This document shows, piece after piece, positions 51,195-64,000 of a DNA stretch of 64,000 nt; position 1 is the stretch's first letter, and each line of letters starts with the position of its first letter. The notes below the pieces were generated by a model. That model did no database searches. It saw nothing but the letters and a program-made list of their open reading frames with translations, and had not been told where the DNA came from. The stretch is taken from the NCBI RefSeq assembly GCF_036971445.1, contig NC_091473.1, positions 208,010,001-208,074,000 on the forward strand. The letters run 5' to 3'. The DNA comes from Narcine bancroftii. Lineage: Eukaryota. Both the position numbers and the translations under genes were made by a program.

Positions 51195-51685
51195 GTCAGC
51201 AGAGGACTTGGGACTACTTGTACATGAATCACAAATGGTTGGTTTGCAGCAGCAATCTATCAAGAAAGTAAATGGAATGATGGCCTTCATTGCTAGAGGG
51301 ATTGAATTTAGCAGCAGGAATGTTACGCTGCAAAAGTACAAGGTGAGGCCTCATCTGGAGTACTGTGTGCAGTTTAGGTCTCTTTATTTGAAGAAGGATG
51401 TACTGGCTTTGGAGGTGGTGCAGAGGAGGTTCACCAGGTTGATTCCAGACATGAGGGGATTAACGTATGAAGAGAGACTGGGGGTGTACTTGCTTGAATT
51501 TAGAAAGAATGAGAGAGGATCTTATAGAAATGTATAACATTATAAAAGACACAGATAAAATAGAGAAGGTAAGTGTCCCCATTGTTGAGGAAGATTAGAA
51601 TTGGGGAGATATCCTGAAAATCCAGGGGAGTAGATTTAGGATGATGAGGAGGAACTGCTTTTCCCAGAGGGCAGTGAATCTGTGA
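51195..51685 (+). mobile_element. CR1 LINE fragment
   Basis: VRPHLEYCVQF..RRFTRLIP. Confidence 0.75.
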
Positions 51686-51934
51686 GATAAAAGTCTCCCA
51701 ATAACAATCCTGGTGCTTTTGCCACTTCCTGTGAATTGTACACCTATCTGCTCCCCCTCCTCCTGGTGGTTACTGGGAGGTCTACGGTATAGCATTATCA
51801 GAGTGATTGCAACTTCCTAATTTCTGACCTACATCCACACTGCCTCAGTAGTTGAGCCCACCATTATCTGCTCTCTAGGTGCAACTGTGACCCTGTCTCT
51901 GATTAACAATGCCACATCTTCTCCTGTTTTATAT

Positions 51935-54050
51935 CCTTTTTTTATTTAGTCAGTCACAATAATTCAAGTCAATAAATTTTACATATATAATTCATAGATG
52001 TATTTAGTGACATTTTTTCATTTTCTCCCCACCCCATCCCCATAACTCAAGGAAAGAAAAAGCAGGGAAAAAAAGTAGAAAAAAAAGAAAAATGGCATCT
52101 AGATATTATCTAATTTTTATTAATTCAATGAATATAACACATCTCATTAAGAGTTGGAGATTTGAATCTAGCGACCACTAATACACTTTATATATAGTTC
52201 CAAAACTTGTTTAAATTGCCCAAAATTGTCTCTTAAATTATAGATAATTTTTTTCTGATGGAATACATTTATTCATTTCTATATACCAGCATTGTATTCT
52301 CAAAGGTGTTTCTATTTTCCAAGTTATCATTATACATTATTTTGTTGCTGCTAATCAAAATGAATAGTTTTTGAAATCTATCCAATTTTAACTGTGAATC
52401 TTTATTGTTTATATTACTTAGTAGAAAGATTTTTGGGTCTTTTGGTATCTTATTTTTTGTTATTCAATTTAATATTGAATTTATTTCCTCCCAAAAAATG
52501 TTTAGTTTTTCACATGTCCAAATTGAATGTAATAATGTACCAATTTCCTGTTTATAGCAGAAACACTTTTCAGACCCTATGGGATTCCATTCTTTTAACT
52601 TTTGAGGTGTAATATATAATCTATGTAGTCAATTATATTGTATTTATTGTATTTGTCATAGTTCCCTCACATAGTTCTGACCAAGTTTCATTTTTTATCT
52701 ATATATTTAAATCTTTTTCCCAACATTGTTTTGATTCGTACATTTCTTTATTTTATTCAGTTTTGTAATTTAATATACATATTTTTGATAAATTTTTTAA
52801 CTATCAAAGTATCTGTAATTATATATTCAAAGCAACTTAATTCAAACAACCTTCAATTAGTTCCTCTTCTCTTTTAAATATGTTTTTAATGATAATAAGA
52901 AAATATTGTGTCATTTGATATTCCATATTTATCTTTTAATTGTTCAGTTGTTAATAAAATATTACTCCAAAAAAACATTATTTTATTCTTTTAGTTCCTT
53001 TTCTTGTCTATTCAGTAAAAACATTTATTATTCATTGTAAAAAAATTAATCGATTGTACCTTAACACATATTTGGCAATTGATAGTTTACAATCCCTCTT
53101 TCTAAATATATAATACTCCATATTTTTAATATCTGATGTAATATTTGTAATTTTTTATTCTTTACTAGTTTCTCATTCCAGTTATAGATGAAACATTCAG
53201 CAACATTTTCTATTAATTTATATCGCTCTATCCTAAGCCATGCCAGTTTTTTCCCTACTTGATTAAAATTGGACAAAAATCTTAATCGGGCTGCCCTGTA
53301 ATAGTTTTTAAAATTTGGTTTTTGCAAACCACCTTGTTTATATGACCATGTTAACTTATCCAAAGCCACTCTTGGTTTCTTACCCTTCCATAAGAACTTT
53401 CTTATTAATGTATTCACTTTTTGAAAAAAAAACCCTGATAAGGGAAAAGGCAACATTTGAAAAAATATTGTAATCTTGGAAATATGTTCATTTTTATACA
53501 GCTTACCCTCCTTATAAGAGTTATAGGCAAGTCTTCCATTTTTCTTAATCATCTTGTATCTTTTTTTTAGTAATGATTGATAATTTAATTTAAAATAGAT
53601 GCTTTAAATTATTATCTATTCTGATACCTAAATAATGTATTGCCTGTAACTGCCATTTAAAAGGAGATTCCTTTTGACATTGTGTGTAATCAACTGTATT
53701 CATTGGCATCATTTCACTTTTATCAGTATTGATTTTATATCCTGATATTGCCCCGTATTCTTTCAATTCGGTATGTAACATCTTTATTGACTTTTCAGGT
53801 TGTATTATATATGCAATAATATCATCTGCAAATAAACTAATTTTAAATTCTTCATCATTTATTTTATTTCCTTTATCACTTGATCCAATCGTATCAATTC
53901 TGCTAATGGTTCTAATGCTAAAACAAAAAAGGGACGGTGATAGTGGACATCCCTGTCTAGTTGACATACCTTATGTAAAAGAGTCTGAAATATATCCATT
54001 AGTTAATACTTTTGCCTTCGGTCCATTATATAGAGCCTTAAACTTGTTCT
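51935..54050 (-). mobile_element. L1-clade LINE 3' half, degenerate
   Basis: TRQGCPLSP, ISLFADD, KFLWKGK..GGLQ.PNFKNYY. Confidence 0.8.
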
Positions 54051-54059
54051 GATAATTTA

Positions 54060-56009
54060 AATGCCTGAAATACTTGGTAATGGTAAATCCTTCCATCGAT
54101 TTAAATCAGATTTAATCTTATCTAACAAAGATGAATAATTTAAACCATACAAATTCTTAAATTCCTTATCAATAATTACACCTAAATATTTAATCTTCTC
54201 TGACCATTTAAATTTAGTAATTTGCATACAATCTGAATAATCCTCATCAGATATAGGCAATATCTCACTTTTATCCCAGTTTATTTTAAACCCTGACATT
54301 GTCCCATAATATTTTAACAATTCTTGTAAAGGTTGTAATGAGTTCTTAGGTTTAGATAAATATATCAACACGTCATCTGCAAATACATTAATTTTATACT
54401 CTCATTGCCCAATCGTAATGCCTTGAATATTTACATTTTGTCTAATTGCCTGGACTAAAGCTTCTATAACTAATGCAAATAAGACTGGTGACAATGGACA
54501 GCCCTGTCTAGTTGATGTATACAAAGTAAATACTTGAGGAATTTGACCATTTGTCACCAACTGTGCAGAAGGATTCATATATAACACCTTAACCCAACCA
54601 ATAAAAGATAGTCCAAATTTAAATTTCTCCAACACTTTAAATAAAAATTTCCACTCAACTTGATTAAAGGCTCTCTCAGCATCTAATGCTAATATCATTG
54701 GTTGATTAATTTTCTATCTTGACACATTAATTATTGTAAGTAATTTAGTCATATTATCATCTGAATATCTATTTTTAATAAAACTTGCTTGATCTACATG
54801 CACCAATTTTGGTAAAAAATTAGTCAGTCTATTTGCCAAAGCTTTTGGTACAATCTTTTAGTCTACATTAAGTACAGATATAGGCCTATAAGAACCAACT
54901 TTCAATGGATCTCTATCTTTCTTTGGTACAACTGTTATCAATGCTCTTGAAAATGATTCAGGATATAACCCAGTATCTGTAACCTGCTTCAGTACATCCA
55001 TATACACTGGGAACAACAAATCGTGAAATTCCTTATTAAATTCTACCGTAAATCCATCCTCACCAGGTGATTTACCAATCGGCAGAGCTTGTAATGCCAC
55101 TTTTAATTCAAAATCTGTAAATGGAGTATGTAAGAATTTTCCATCTTGCTCGTCCAAAGAAGATAAATTCAAATTAGACAAAAATTTGTCAATCAGTTCA
55201 ATATCTACATTACCTTCAGATGTATATAAATCTTGATAAAAGGTGCAAAATTCTTCATTAATCTCCTGTGGTTTATAAGTAACTCCAGAATTTCTACATA
55301 TTGCATTAATTGTTCTGGAGGTTTGTAGAGTTTTCAAATGCCATGCTAATACCTGATGTGCTCTTTCACCTAACTCATAATACCATTGTTTTCATCTATA
55401 AAGCAATCTTTCATAATTATGTTTGCTTCGTATTATAACAGTTTCAAATTAGATAACTGTATCCGTTGCATTCTCCTGAAACATTTTCTCTAAATTTTCA
55501 ATCTCTTTCTCTAACTCCGAAAGTTCCACTCTATATTGCTTTTTCATTTTAGCCGTATAACTAATAATTTGGCCTCCCAAATATGCTTTCAAAGCATCCC
55601 ACAATGTAAATTTACTCTGTACTGATCCCTCATTTATCGCCAAAAAAAGTTTAATCTGATCCTTTAAAGACAAAACAAATTCAGGTTGTCTAAGTAACAT
55701 CTCATTAAACCTCCAACAATAAGTTCTCTCAACTTTCTCAGCAATCTCACAAGAAATCAACAATAAAGAATGGTCCGACAATATTCTACTTTTATATTCT
55801 GCAAATTCAACCCTTCCCTGTAAATGACCTGAAACCAAAAAATCTATTCTGGAAAATGAATCATGATGAGCAGAATAAAATGAATAATCCTTCTCGGTCG
55901 GGTGAATACGTCGCCATATATCAACCAAATTCAATTCCTCCATCACTTCGACCACCCTTTTGGCCATTTTAGTTTTCTTAACAATATTTGGAGATTTATC
56001 CAACAGTGG
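54060..56009 (-). mobile_element. L1-clade ORF2 (end of EN to RT); 3' portion of the 5'-inverted element
   Basis: Starts PLLDKS.., SDHS, SPGEDGF, YRPIS, LDAERAF, RQGCPLSP. Confidence 0.85.
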
Positions 56010-57848
56010 CAAGATGGTGTAGGGAGTAGACGTGAGATTCCACCAGTTGAATACTTAACACCCGAATTTTAAAAACTGTTAGAATATTAAAAGTGTTTGT
56101 TATAAGATTTTAAAGAATTTTGACAGTCATAATGAGAGCCATTCAAAAAAAGCACATTTTAAAAGAGTAGGAAGTGCAGAGGAACTGATGCCTACCTCAT
56201 TGAAGGATCCTCAGCGATCGATTTTGGAACAGATGAAGACCTCGAAGACCAGCCAGGCTAAGGTAATGTTGACTCCAGTGCCTTCAACACAAAATGGCAC
56301 CGCCGCTGCCCGTCTATCTGAGGAGAATCACGTTTGTGACTCAGAGCGCGCTCCCGGGAACATGGAGGCCTCTGCAAGCGGGGGCCCAACACCTGATAGA
56401 GGTCTCGAGCACATTGGACTAACTGCCAACGTGCCAAACCTGACAATGAAAATGTCAGGTCTTGATCTTGGGGCCCAGTCAGGACTGGGCATGCATGAAG
56501 ATTCGCGCATGCGTGTGACATCGGAATGGGCCCCGACAACAGGGCCGACCCTCCCCAGAAGGCCCAAACCTGTTGGACCTATGTGGGAGAGGATGCTGAC
56601 CCAGAGTCGGGAGGCCCGGGCAGCGGCTGCATCTGCATCTGCCTTATTAACTATGGAAGGGGAAGAAGAGGAGATGGAAGAATATCCTGAAGAAGAATTG
56701 GATTTGATACTGAAAGCTGCCAGACTTATCAAAGGTAGGCCTCAAATGTTTCAAAAATTTGTAAATCTCCAACTCTACAGACTTTTAAAACAGTACAGAT
56801 GGAAGAAGATACTACACTTTCTCTTTCAGAAGAGTTGATGCGACATATGGATAATATGGCTGTTCAAGTTACTCAAGGTTTTCAAGAAAACAAGCTTCAA
56901 TTTACTGAATTAAGAGGTGAAGTGGCATCGATTAAGCAAGATGTGGTTAAATGTTTAAGAGACGTGGATGTGGTCCAGGGGGAATTTAGGGATATCAAGC
57001 GAGCATTTTGTGATTGTACTGACACTGTAGATTGATATACTGAACGAATAGATTATTTGGAACACTGTTTAACAGATTGGAAGGCTCAGAAGCGTGAATT
57101 TATGCAGAAGATTGATTTGTTGGAAAATCAAAGTAGATGTAACAATATTAAAATAGTGGGCCTGCCAGAAGATTTTGAAGGAGCGGACCCGGTGAAGTTT
57201 TTTCTGAAATGGATTCCTGAAGTGTTGGGAAAAGATGCTTTTCCTGAAGGATTGGAACTGGATAGAGCACATAGAGCGTTACAAAGAATACCCTTTCCTG
57301 ATCAATCTCCACGGGTACTTCTTATTCGTTGTTTAAGATATCAAGATCGTGAGTTAATATTATGATTGGCAATTCAGAAAGCTCGGCAGAATCAGGGCCC
57401 TATGATGATCCAGGGACGTAGGGTTTTTTTTCTATCCAGACCTGAGTCAAGATGTGATACGGCGTCAGAAGGAATTTAATTCAGCAAAGCCTGTGTTATG
57501 GATGAAGGGTTATCGGTTTGCTTTTAGGTACCCTGCCAAGTTGAAGGTGTTTTACGGAGATTTTCAGGCTGAATTTTTTGATGATGAAGCTTTGTCTTTT
57601 GCTAATTCTTTGCCAAATAATTTTCAGAGTTTTAAGTTACAGAAACAATCAACAACAAATGGTTCTCCGAAGCATAATGGTACTGCGAATGGGAGTAGTA
57701 AGAGAAATGGTCAAAATCAACATCCGAACTGGAAGGTAGAAGAGGATCCACCTGCTGCTGTTGTGGATGTTCAGGAGCAATTGGGTGGAGTTGTAGGGGT
57801 AGAGGACTGAATTGAGGTTGTAAATTAAGTGAAATATTGAGATATATG

Positions 57849-58086
57849 TGTAGAGCTCGTCGAAAGAACCAAAGACTTGTTGATCCAAACCAAGGCTTTT
57901 ATTAGCAAAAGACCGGAGCTCTTCACAGGTGGCCGACAAGTCCGGAATGATCCGACCTGGCTACGGACACAACCCTTTAAGGCCCAGACAATAGGTGTGG
58001 CTTAGCTCTCAGCCAATCGCTGCAAGCACAGTCTAGATACAGTAACTATATACACTATGTACATTGGTGATAGATGTACTATCACA
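57849..58086 (-). mobile_element. Solo LTR (238 bp)
   Basis: TGT...ACA ends, TSD ATATG (57844-57848 / 58087-58091), GCTAATAAAAGCC on minus strand. Confidence 0.85.
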
Positions 58087-59280
58087 ATATGAATATCAGC
58101 TGGGGAGGGTGGATGGCACTATAACTTCTGAAGTCATCTACCACTAGTGGTTTAGACCACACCCGGTCAATAGAGGGGGGGGGGGTGGTTACCACTTTTG
58201 TGGGTTTTTTTCTCTTTTGTTTCTTTAGAGGGATTTAAGGAGGGGGAATGGTCTTTTATCCCTCCCTTTACCCGCTTCATTTTTCCCTTTTTTTTGGATT
58301 TATTGTTTTTTTCTTTACAGTTTATTTGTATTTTATTTAGATTAAGGTTAAGGGTGAGGGAAGAGAGAGGGGTGGGGTTTTTATTTAATCAGAGCTTTAG
58401 TGTGTTTGTGGGTTGGTTGTGTCAAAAGTTATTTCTTAAGGTAAAATGAGTAAACTGAATTTTGTGACATTTAGTGTTAAAGAGGCGAATCATCCAATAA
58501 AGAGGAAGCGTGTCTTGGATTACATTAAGAGGATGAAGGTGGATATTGCTTTCCTACAGGAGACGCATTTGATGGAAGAAGAACATTTGAAATTGAAGAG
58601 AGATTGGGTTGGACATATTATATACTTCTGAGGGGAAACAGGACAGTGGTTCTATTGATTCTTATTTATCTAAGTTAACGTTACCAGCATTAGAAGAGGA
58701 GGATGTTATAAATCTGGAAGCTCCGTTCACAGAATTTGAGATTAAGGCAGCTATGTTGGAGATGCCAAATGGGAAGTCACCAGGCAATGATGGATTCTCA
58801 GTGGAATTTTATAAAACCTTTTATGAAGATTTATCTTCTGTGTTTGAGGAGGTATTACAACAAGTGACTGAAGAGCACGAGTTACCAGAATCTTGCTCTA
58901 GTGCTTTAGTTACTGTAATCCTGAAAAAAGATAAATCCTTTGAAAATGTTTTCATATAGACTTATTTCTTTATTGAATGTAGATTATAAAATTATAGCAA
59001 AAGTGTTAGCAAACTGGCTTGCCAATTATTTACCTAAATTGATACATGTTGATCAAACAGGTTTTATTAAAAATAGAAATGCATCAGATAATATTCTTCG
59101 ATTGATTAGTTTGGTCAATACACATTGAAAGCAGCCCAACCACCCCAATGGTGCTTGCGCTTGACGCGGAAAAAGCCTTTGATAGGGTCAAATGGGATTT
59201 TTTATTTAAGGTATTGGAGAAGTTTAAATTTTGCCCTTTTTATTGGTTGGGTAAAAGCTTTATATATGAATCTGATTGCT

Positions 59281-60335
59281 TTTTCTTTCTTTGGCTTGGC
59301 TTCGCGGACGAAGATTTATGGAGGGGGTAAAAAGTCCACGTCAGCTGCAGGCTCGTTTGTGGCTGACCAGTCCAATGCGGGACAGGCAGACACGATTGCA
59401 GCGGTTGCAAGGGAAAATTGGTTGGTTGGGGTTGGGTGTTGGGTTTTTCCTCCTTTGCCTTTTGTCAGTGAGGTGGGCTCTGCGGTCTTCTTCAAAGGAG
59501 GCTGCTGCCCGCCAAACTGTGAGGCGCCAAGATGCACGGTTTGAGTTTGTGAGCATCTTTTGAGGGGGAGGACGTGGAGGGGGAGGACGTGGAGGGGGAG
59601 GACGTGGAGGGGGAGGACGTGGACCTGTCCTCGGGCCTGCGCAAAGGAGCTTTTAGGTGGAGTGCAGTGCGCGCAGTACTGGCCCCACCCTTTACACCCA
59701 TGGTTCGTGTGCCGTGGCCAAGCAAGCTGGGACGTGGCAGCGAGGTCCTTGGGTCGTAGGTTTTATATCGGAGTGGCCTTCTCCTATGCAGGTTTCTTAC
59801 CCGGGCTGGAGGGGCCTGCCTCCCCTCCTAGGTCGGTCCATACTGCCCGGACCGGGGCCTCCGTCTGCCTCACTCGACCGAGGCCGGGGCCGCCGCCTCC
59901 CCCTTGCTCCTGCCCGTAATCGGGGCCGCCGCCGTCTACCCTTCGCCCGGACCGGGGCCGGGGCCGCCGCTGCTCTCCCTGTGCCCGGACTGGGGCCGCC
60001 GCCTCCCCCTTGCTCCTGCCCGTATCGGGGCCGCCGCCGTCTACCCTTCGCCCGGACCGGGGCCGGGGCCGCCGCTGCTCTCCCTGTGCCCGGACTGGGG
60101 CCGCCGCCTCCCCCTTGCTCCTGCCCGTATCGGGGCCGCCGCCGTCTACCCTTCGCCCGGACCGGGGCCGGGGCCGCCGCTGCTCTCCCTGTGCCCGGAC
60201 TGGGGCCGCCGCCTCCCCCTTGCTCCTGCCCGTATCGGGGCCGCCGCCGTCTACCCTTCGCCCGGACCGGGGCCGGGGCCGCCGCTGCTCTCCCTGATAA
60301 AATTACAAAAATTACAAAAATTACAAAAATTACAA
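59281..60335 (-). mobile_element. Young non-autonomous RTE-clade derivative with 105-bp GC-rich VNTR
   Basis: 13-bp TSD GAATCTGATTGCT (59268-59280 / 60336-60348); C-terminal FPCNRCNRVCLSRIGLVSHKRAC; (AAAG)-type tail; no EN/RT. Confidence 0.8.
59886..60296. repeat. 105-bp GC-rich tandem repeat, ~3.9 near-identical copies
   Basis: cccggactggggccgcc recurs at 105-bp spacing (59984, 60089, 60194). Confidence 0.92.
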
Positions 60336-62784
60336 GAATCTGATTGCTAGGGTGGTGACAAATGGTCAAGTTTCATTATCATTTAAATTGACGCGTTCAA
60401 CCCGACAAGGTTGTCCATTGTCACCAGCCCTGCTTGCATTGGCTATTGAACCGTTAGCACAAACAATAAGACAGAGTGAACAGATAAGAGGGATGAGAGT
60501 TATGGACGAAGAGTACAAGATTAATTTATTTGCAGATGATGTTTTGATATATTTAACAAACCCAGAACAATCATTGCCACATTCGCGGGAATGTTTATTG
60601 CAATATGGAACATTATCTGGTTATAAGGTTAATTGGGTCAAGAGTGAAATTTTGCCAGTTGGAGAAGAAGACTATTCAGAGTATAAAAAATTTTTTAAAA
60701 TTGAAATGGTCTGATAAAATTAAATATTTAGGAATAATTGTAAATGCTGAGTATCAATCTTTATACAAGTTAAATTATGTTCCTTTATTAAAAAAGATTA
60801 AAGCAGATTTAATTAAGTGGAAAGATCTTCCATTAACTTTAATTGGTCGAGTTAATTGTATTAAGATTAATATATTTTTCCCCATATTCAATATTTATTT
60901 CAATCAATACCGTGCTCTCTTTCAAGGGATTTTTTTTCAGGATCTAAATAAGGCTGTGAGAGAATTTTTATGGAAAGGTAAATTACCATGGATAGTGTGA
61001 CATAAACTTACCTGGAAGTATGCATTAGGTTTGCTTCAATTACCCGATTTTCAAAATTATTATGAAGCAGCCCAGCTGAAGTTTATTAGTAGATTGATGG
61101 ATTTGGACCAACCCCCAAGTTGGGCTAAGGTTGAGATGGCTTGTATTTCTGAAGTCGAAGTGCATCGATTTATATTTTGATGGCATTTAAATTTGTTGTG
61201 GGAATATAATATGCTGAAATTAAAACATTTATTAAAGATACGGACAAAGGAAAATAAGATTTTAGGATCAAAAGATAAATTTCCAATCTTAACCCCCTTA
61301 TATAATAATCAGCTTATTCCCTTTTCAATGTTTAATAATCATTTAAAGAGTCAGGATTCTAAGGGTATAAAGATGTTACAGGATTGTTTTGTAGAAGGAC
61401 AGTTTCTTTCTTTTAATCAATTGAAAGAGTGTTTTGATATTGCTGAAAATTCTTTGTTTGTTTATTATATTATGGATAAACCAAAATGGGATAAGTCTAA
61501 GCTTAAATGGAAAAATGATTTAGCTTTTGTTTTTCCAGAAGATTGTTGGGCGGATATGTGTCATGACAGTGTTACTAAATTGATGAATGTGCGGTATGGA
61601 ATGGTTAATTATAATTTTTTGCATCAGCTGTATTTAACTCCAGAGAAGTTGAAAAAATATGATTTTAGTAATTCGGACTCTTGTTTTAGATGTGGTGTGT
61701 GTATTGGTACTTTTTTTTTAAATGCTGTTTGGGAGAAATTAGGTTAATTTTGGAAAAATTGTATGATATTAAGTTACCATTAGATCCATCAATTTTTAAA
61801 AATGGGCTATATGGTTCCTTAAAAGGGTTTAGGGTTGGATAAATTTCAAATTACATTTGTACGCTGAGCATTATCTGTTGCTCGAAAATGTGTTGAAAGT
61901 ACATGGGAAAATAATATAGTGATTATGCGAAGGCATAATGAAATGAAAGCTTATATTGTTATGGAAAAAAAATTACACATAATTTACATGAGAATTTTTT
62001 TTTGTTAATAAGTGGTTACCATATTTGGAATATATGCATTTAGATTTATTATATATTCTTAGTTTCCGTTTATATGTTTTTTGACTTTCCTTGAGAGAGC
62101 TGGCTGATGGGGTGGAAGGGTGGGTGGGGATTTAATTTTTTATTTATTTTTCTTTTTTTTCTCTTATTTTTCAGGGGTTTTTTTATATATACATATATAA
62201 AATTGTCTTTATGGAATGTATGCTGTATTATTTCTAATGAATTTTCAAATAAATAAAGTTTTTAAAAAAAGATTGAGTTGGACATGTTTTGGCATCTTCT
62301 TTTAATTCTAAGTCCAGGGAGTGGTGATTTTGGTATATAAGAGGGTACCTTTTATTTTGGAATGTGTTTTTGAAAATGTTGGAAGAATTTTGATGGTGAA
62401 TTGTAAATTGTTTTATGAAACTTGGACTTTAGTGAATTTGTATGCACCGAACGAAATCGATGTACATTTTGTAAATGATGGCTTTTTAAATTTGAATCAA
62501 TCAAATGAGAATATAATGGAAGGAGGGGACTTTAATTGCTGTTTAAATAGATGATTTTCTGTCACATATTGATTTACCTCAACTGGATTTGGAGGAATAA
62601 TGCAAATTGTCAAAATCATTGACTACTACAGAAGTTTATGATACATTAATGACTTTACCAAACAATAAAGCACCAGGTGAAGATGAATTTTCCACAGAGT
62701 TTTACAAAGTTTTTAAAGAATTATTAGTTCCACTCTTTCTAGAAGTATTAAAACAAGTGGAAGAAACTTAGGATTTATCTGAAT

Positions 62785-64000
62785 TTTTTTTAAACAACTT
62801 TATTTATATGATTAAAAATATACAAACAATTATTTAAAAAAACAAAGTCCCCTATTACAAAGATATATTAATAAAGTACTTAACCATACATTAGTAAATT
62901 AGTAGTATTTATCCCCTCCCCCCAGAAAAATCCTAACTACCCCTACACTACATAATATATCATTATTATAATGTTATTATAGTATTATAATGGAGCCTTT
63001 AAAAGATAAGTATCTTAAGATTACCCCCCAAAAAAATTTAAAAATATAATTTTTAAAATATAGAAATATCCATACATTTCAAATATTGTTCCCACATATT
63101 AATAAAAAAAGAATAATTGTTATGCAAATTATAAGTGATTTTTTTTCTAAATGAATATGTGACTTCAATTCATTATGCCATCTTTGAATATTAATTACTA
63201 CATCATCCTTCCATGTTAGTGCTATAGATTTTCTTGCCACAGCCAAAGCCAAATGAATAAATGCAGTTTGAAATTTATCCAATTTCAAACCTCTTAAATC
63301 CTTCATAGAAGCCAATAAGAATAATAAAGGATCAAGTAACAACTGAAATTTGTATAAACTTTCCAAAAATAGTCTCACTTTTAACCAGAAATTTTAACCA
63401 TAACCAGAATGTATAAAAGTCCCTTTTTGTATTCCACATCAGAAGCACAAATCCAAATCCCTAAAACCATACTTTTTCAATTTCTCCAGATTCAAATATA
63501 ATTGATGATTATAATTGACCAAACTATACCTCACATTAAGTAATCTAGTCACAGTCTCTTCACACATCCTTAACCAATCTTCCTCTAATATAGTCACTTG
63601 TAAATCCTCTTCCATTTATTTTTAATTTTAAACAAATCAGGTTTATTTCAATTATTCAATAAAATTATTCAATTTAATTCTGTTTATTCAAAACTATACA
63701 TTTCCAAAATAAATCCTTTCTTAGAGGGATATTTGAAACCTAGTTAAATTCGGAAGTTTAATTTCTTGCCCAAAATTTTCTCTTCAGAAAGCTCACACTT
63801 GATAATAAACAAACAATGAATTGGAAGGTATTTGAAATTTTTCTTGCAATTGAACAAAAGAAATAAAAACACCTCTTTCAAAACAATCTTCTACCCTCCA
63901 AATACCTTTCTTTAAGATAACAACTATCCATTGAAAATGGTATAATCCTATTTATATATAATGGAGTCCACCCTGTAATCCTGCCCTTAGATCCGATCAT
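62785..64000 (-). mobile_element. L1-clade LINE 3' end, running off the window
   Basis: FIHLALAVARKSIALTWK; A-rich tail at ~62785. Confidence 0.75.

Larger units (their letters stand above)
58617..62270 (+). mobile_element. 5'-truncated L1 nested in the EN domain of another L1
   Basis: TSD GATTG(G/A)GTTGGACAT at 58602-58616 / 62271-62285; RT motifs; aataaa-poly(A) at ~62252-62270. Confidence 0.85.
56010..62548 (+). mobile_element. Inverted 5' portion of an L1 (5' UTR, ORF1, start of EN) hosting nested insertions
   Basis: aagatgg 5' end; ORF1 LENQSRCNNIKIVGLPE, DRAHR; EN IAFLQETHL..KRDWVGH interrupted at 58616, resuming at 62271 to GGDFNCCLN. Confidence 0.8.

Noticed and set aside
59657-60369. 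228/190/148-aa ORFs
   Set aside because: Translations of the 105-bp GC VNTR, open in several frames.

Overview
Repeat-dense vertebrate DNA, almost certainly from a cartilaginous fish (shark/ray), judged by the cluster-type IgH architecture and the CR1/HE1-type SINE/Penelope/L1 repeat set. The only host gene visible is one minus-strand germline immunoglobulin heavy-chain cassette at ~5.0-6.4 kb: leader, V-23RSS, 12RSS-D-12RSS, 23RSS-J. Its leader, V and J look IgW-like. It has a single D and sits in a CpG island whose V and D heptamers contain CpG. In the J-C intron it is followed by a cluster of lymphoid TF motifs and a ~0.8 kb AGCT/WGCW-rich, strand-skewed ~41-bp tandem repeat resembling a tetrapod class-switch region. 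No constant exon was recognised, so it is presumably left of base 1. The remaining ~57 kb is nested transposons. These include a full-length L1 with a 16-bp TSD and an internal 3.2-kb inversion, a second L1 with twin-priming-like 5' inversion hosting nested L1, LTR and RTE insertions, and a young non-autonomous RTE derivative with a GC-rich VNTR. Also present are three related solo LTRs, a hAT MITE, Penelope remnants with decayed hammerhead motifs, and a 39-bp minisatellite. Boundaries of old repeats are approximate.
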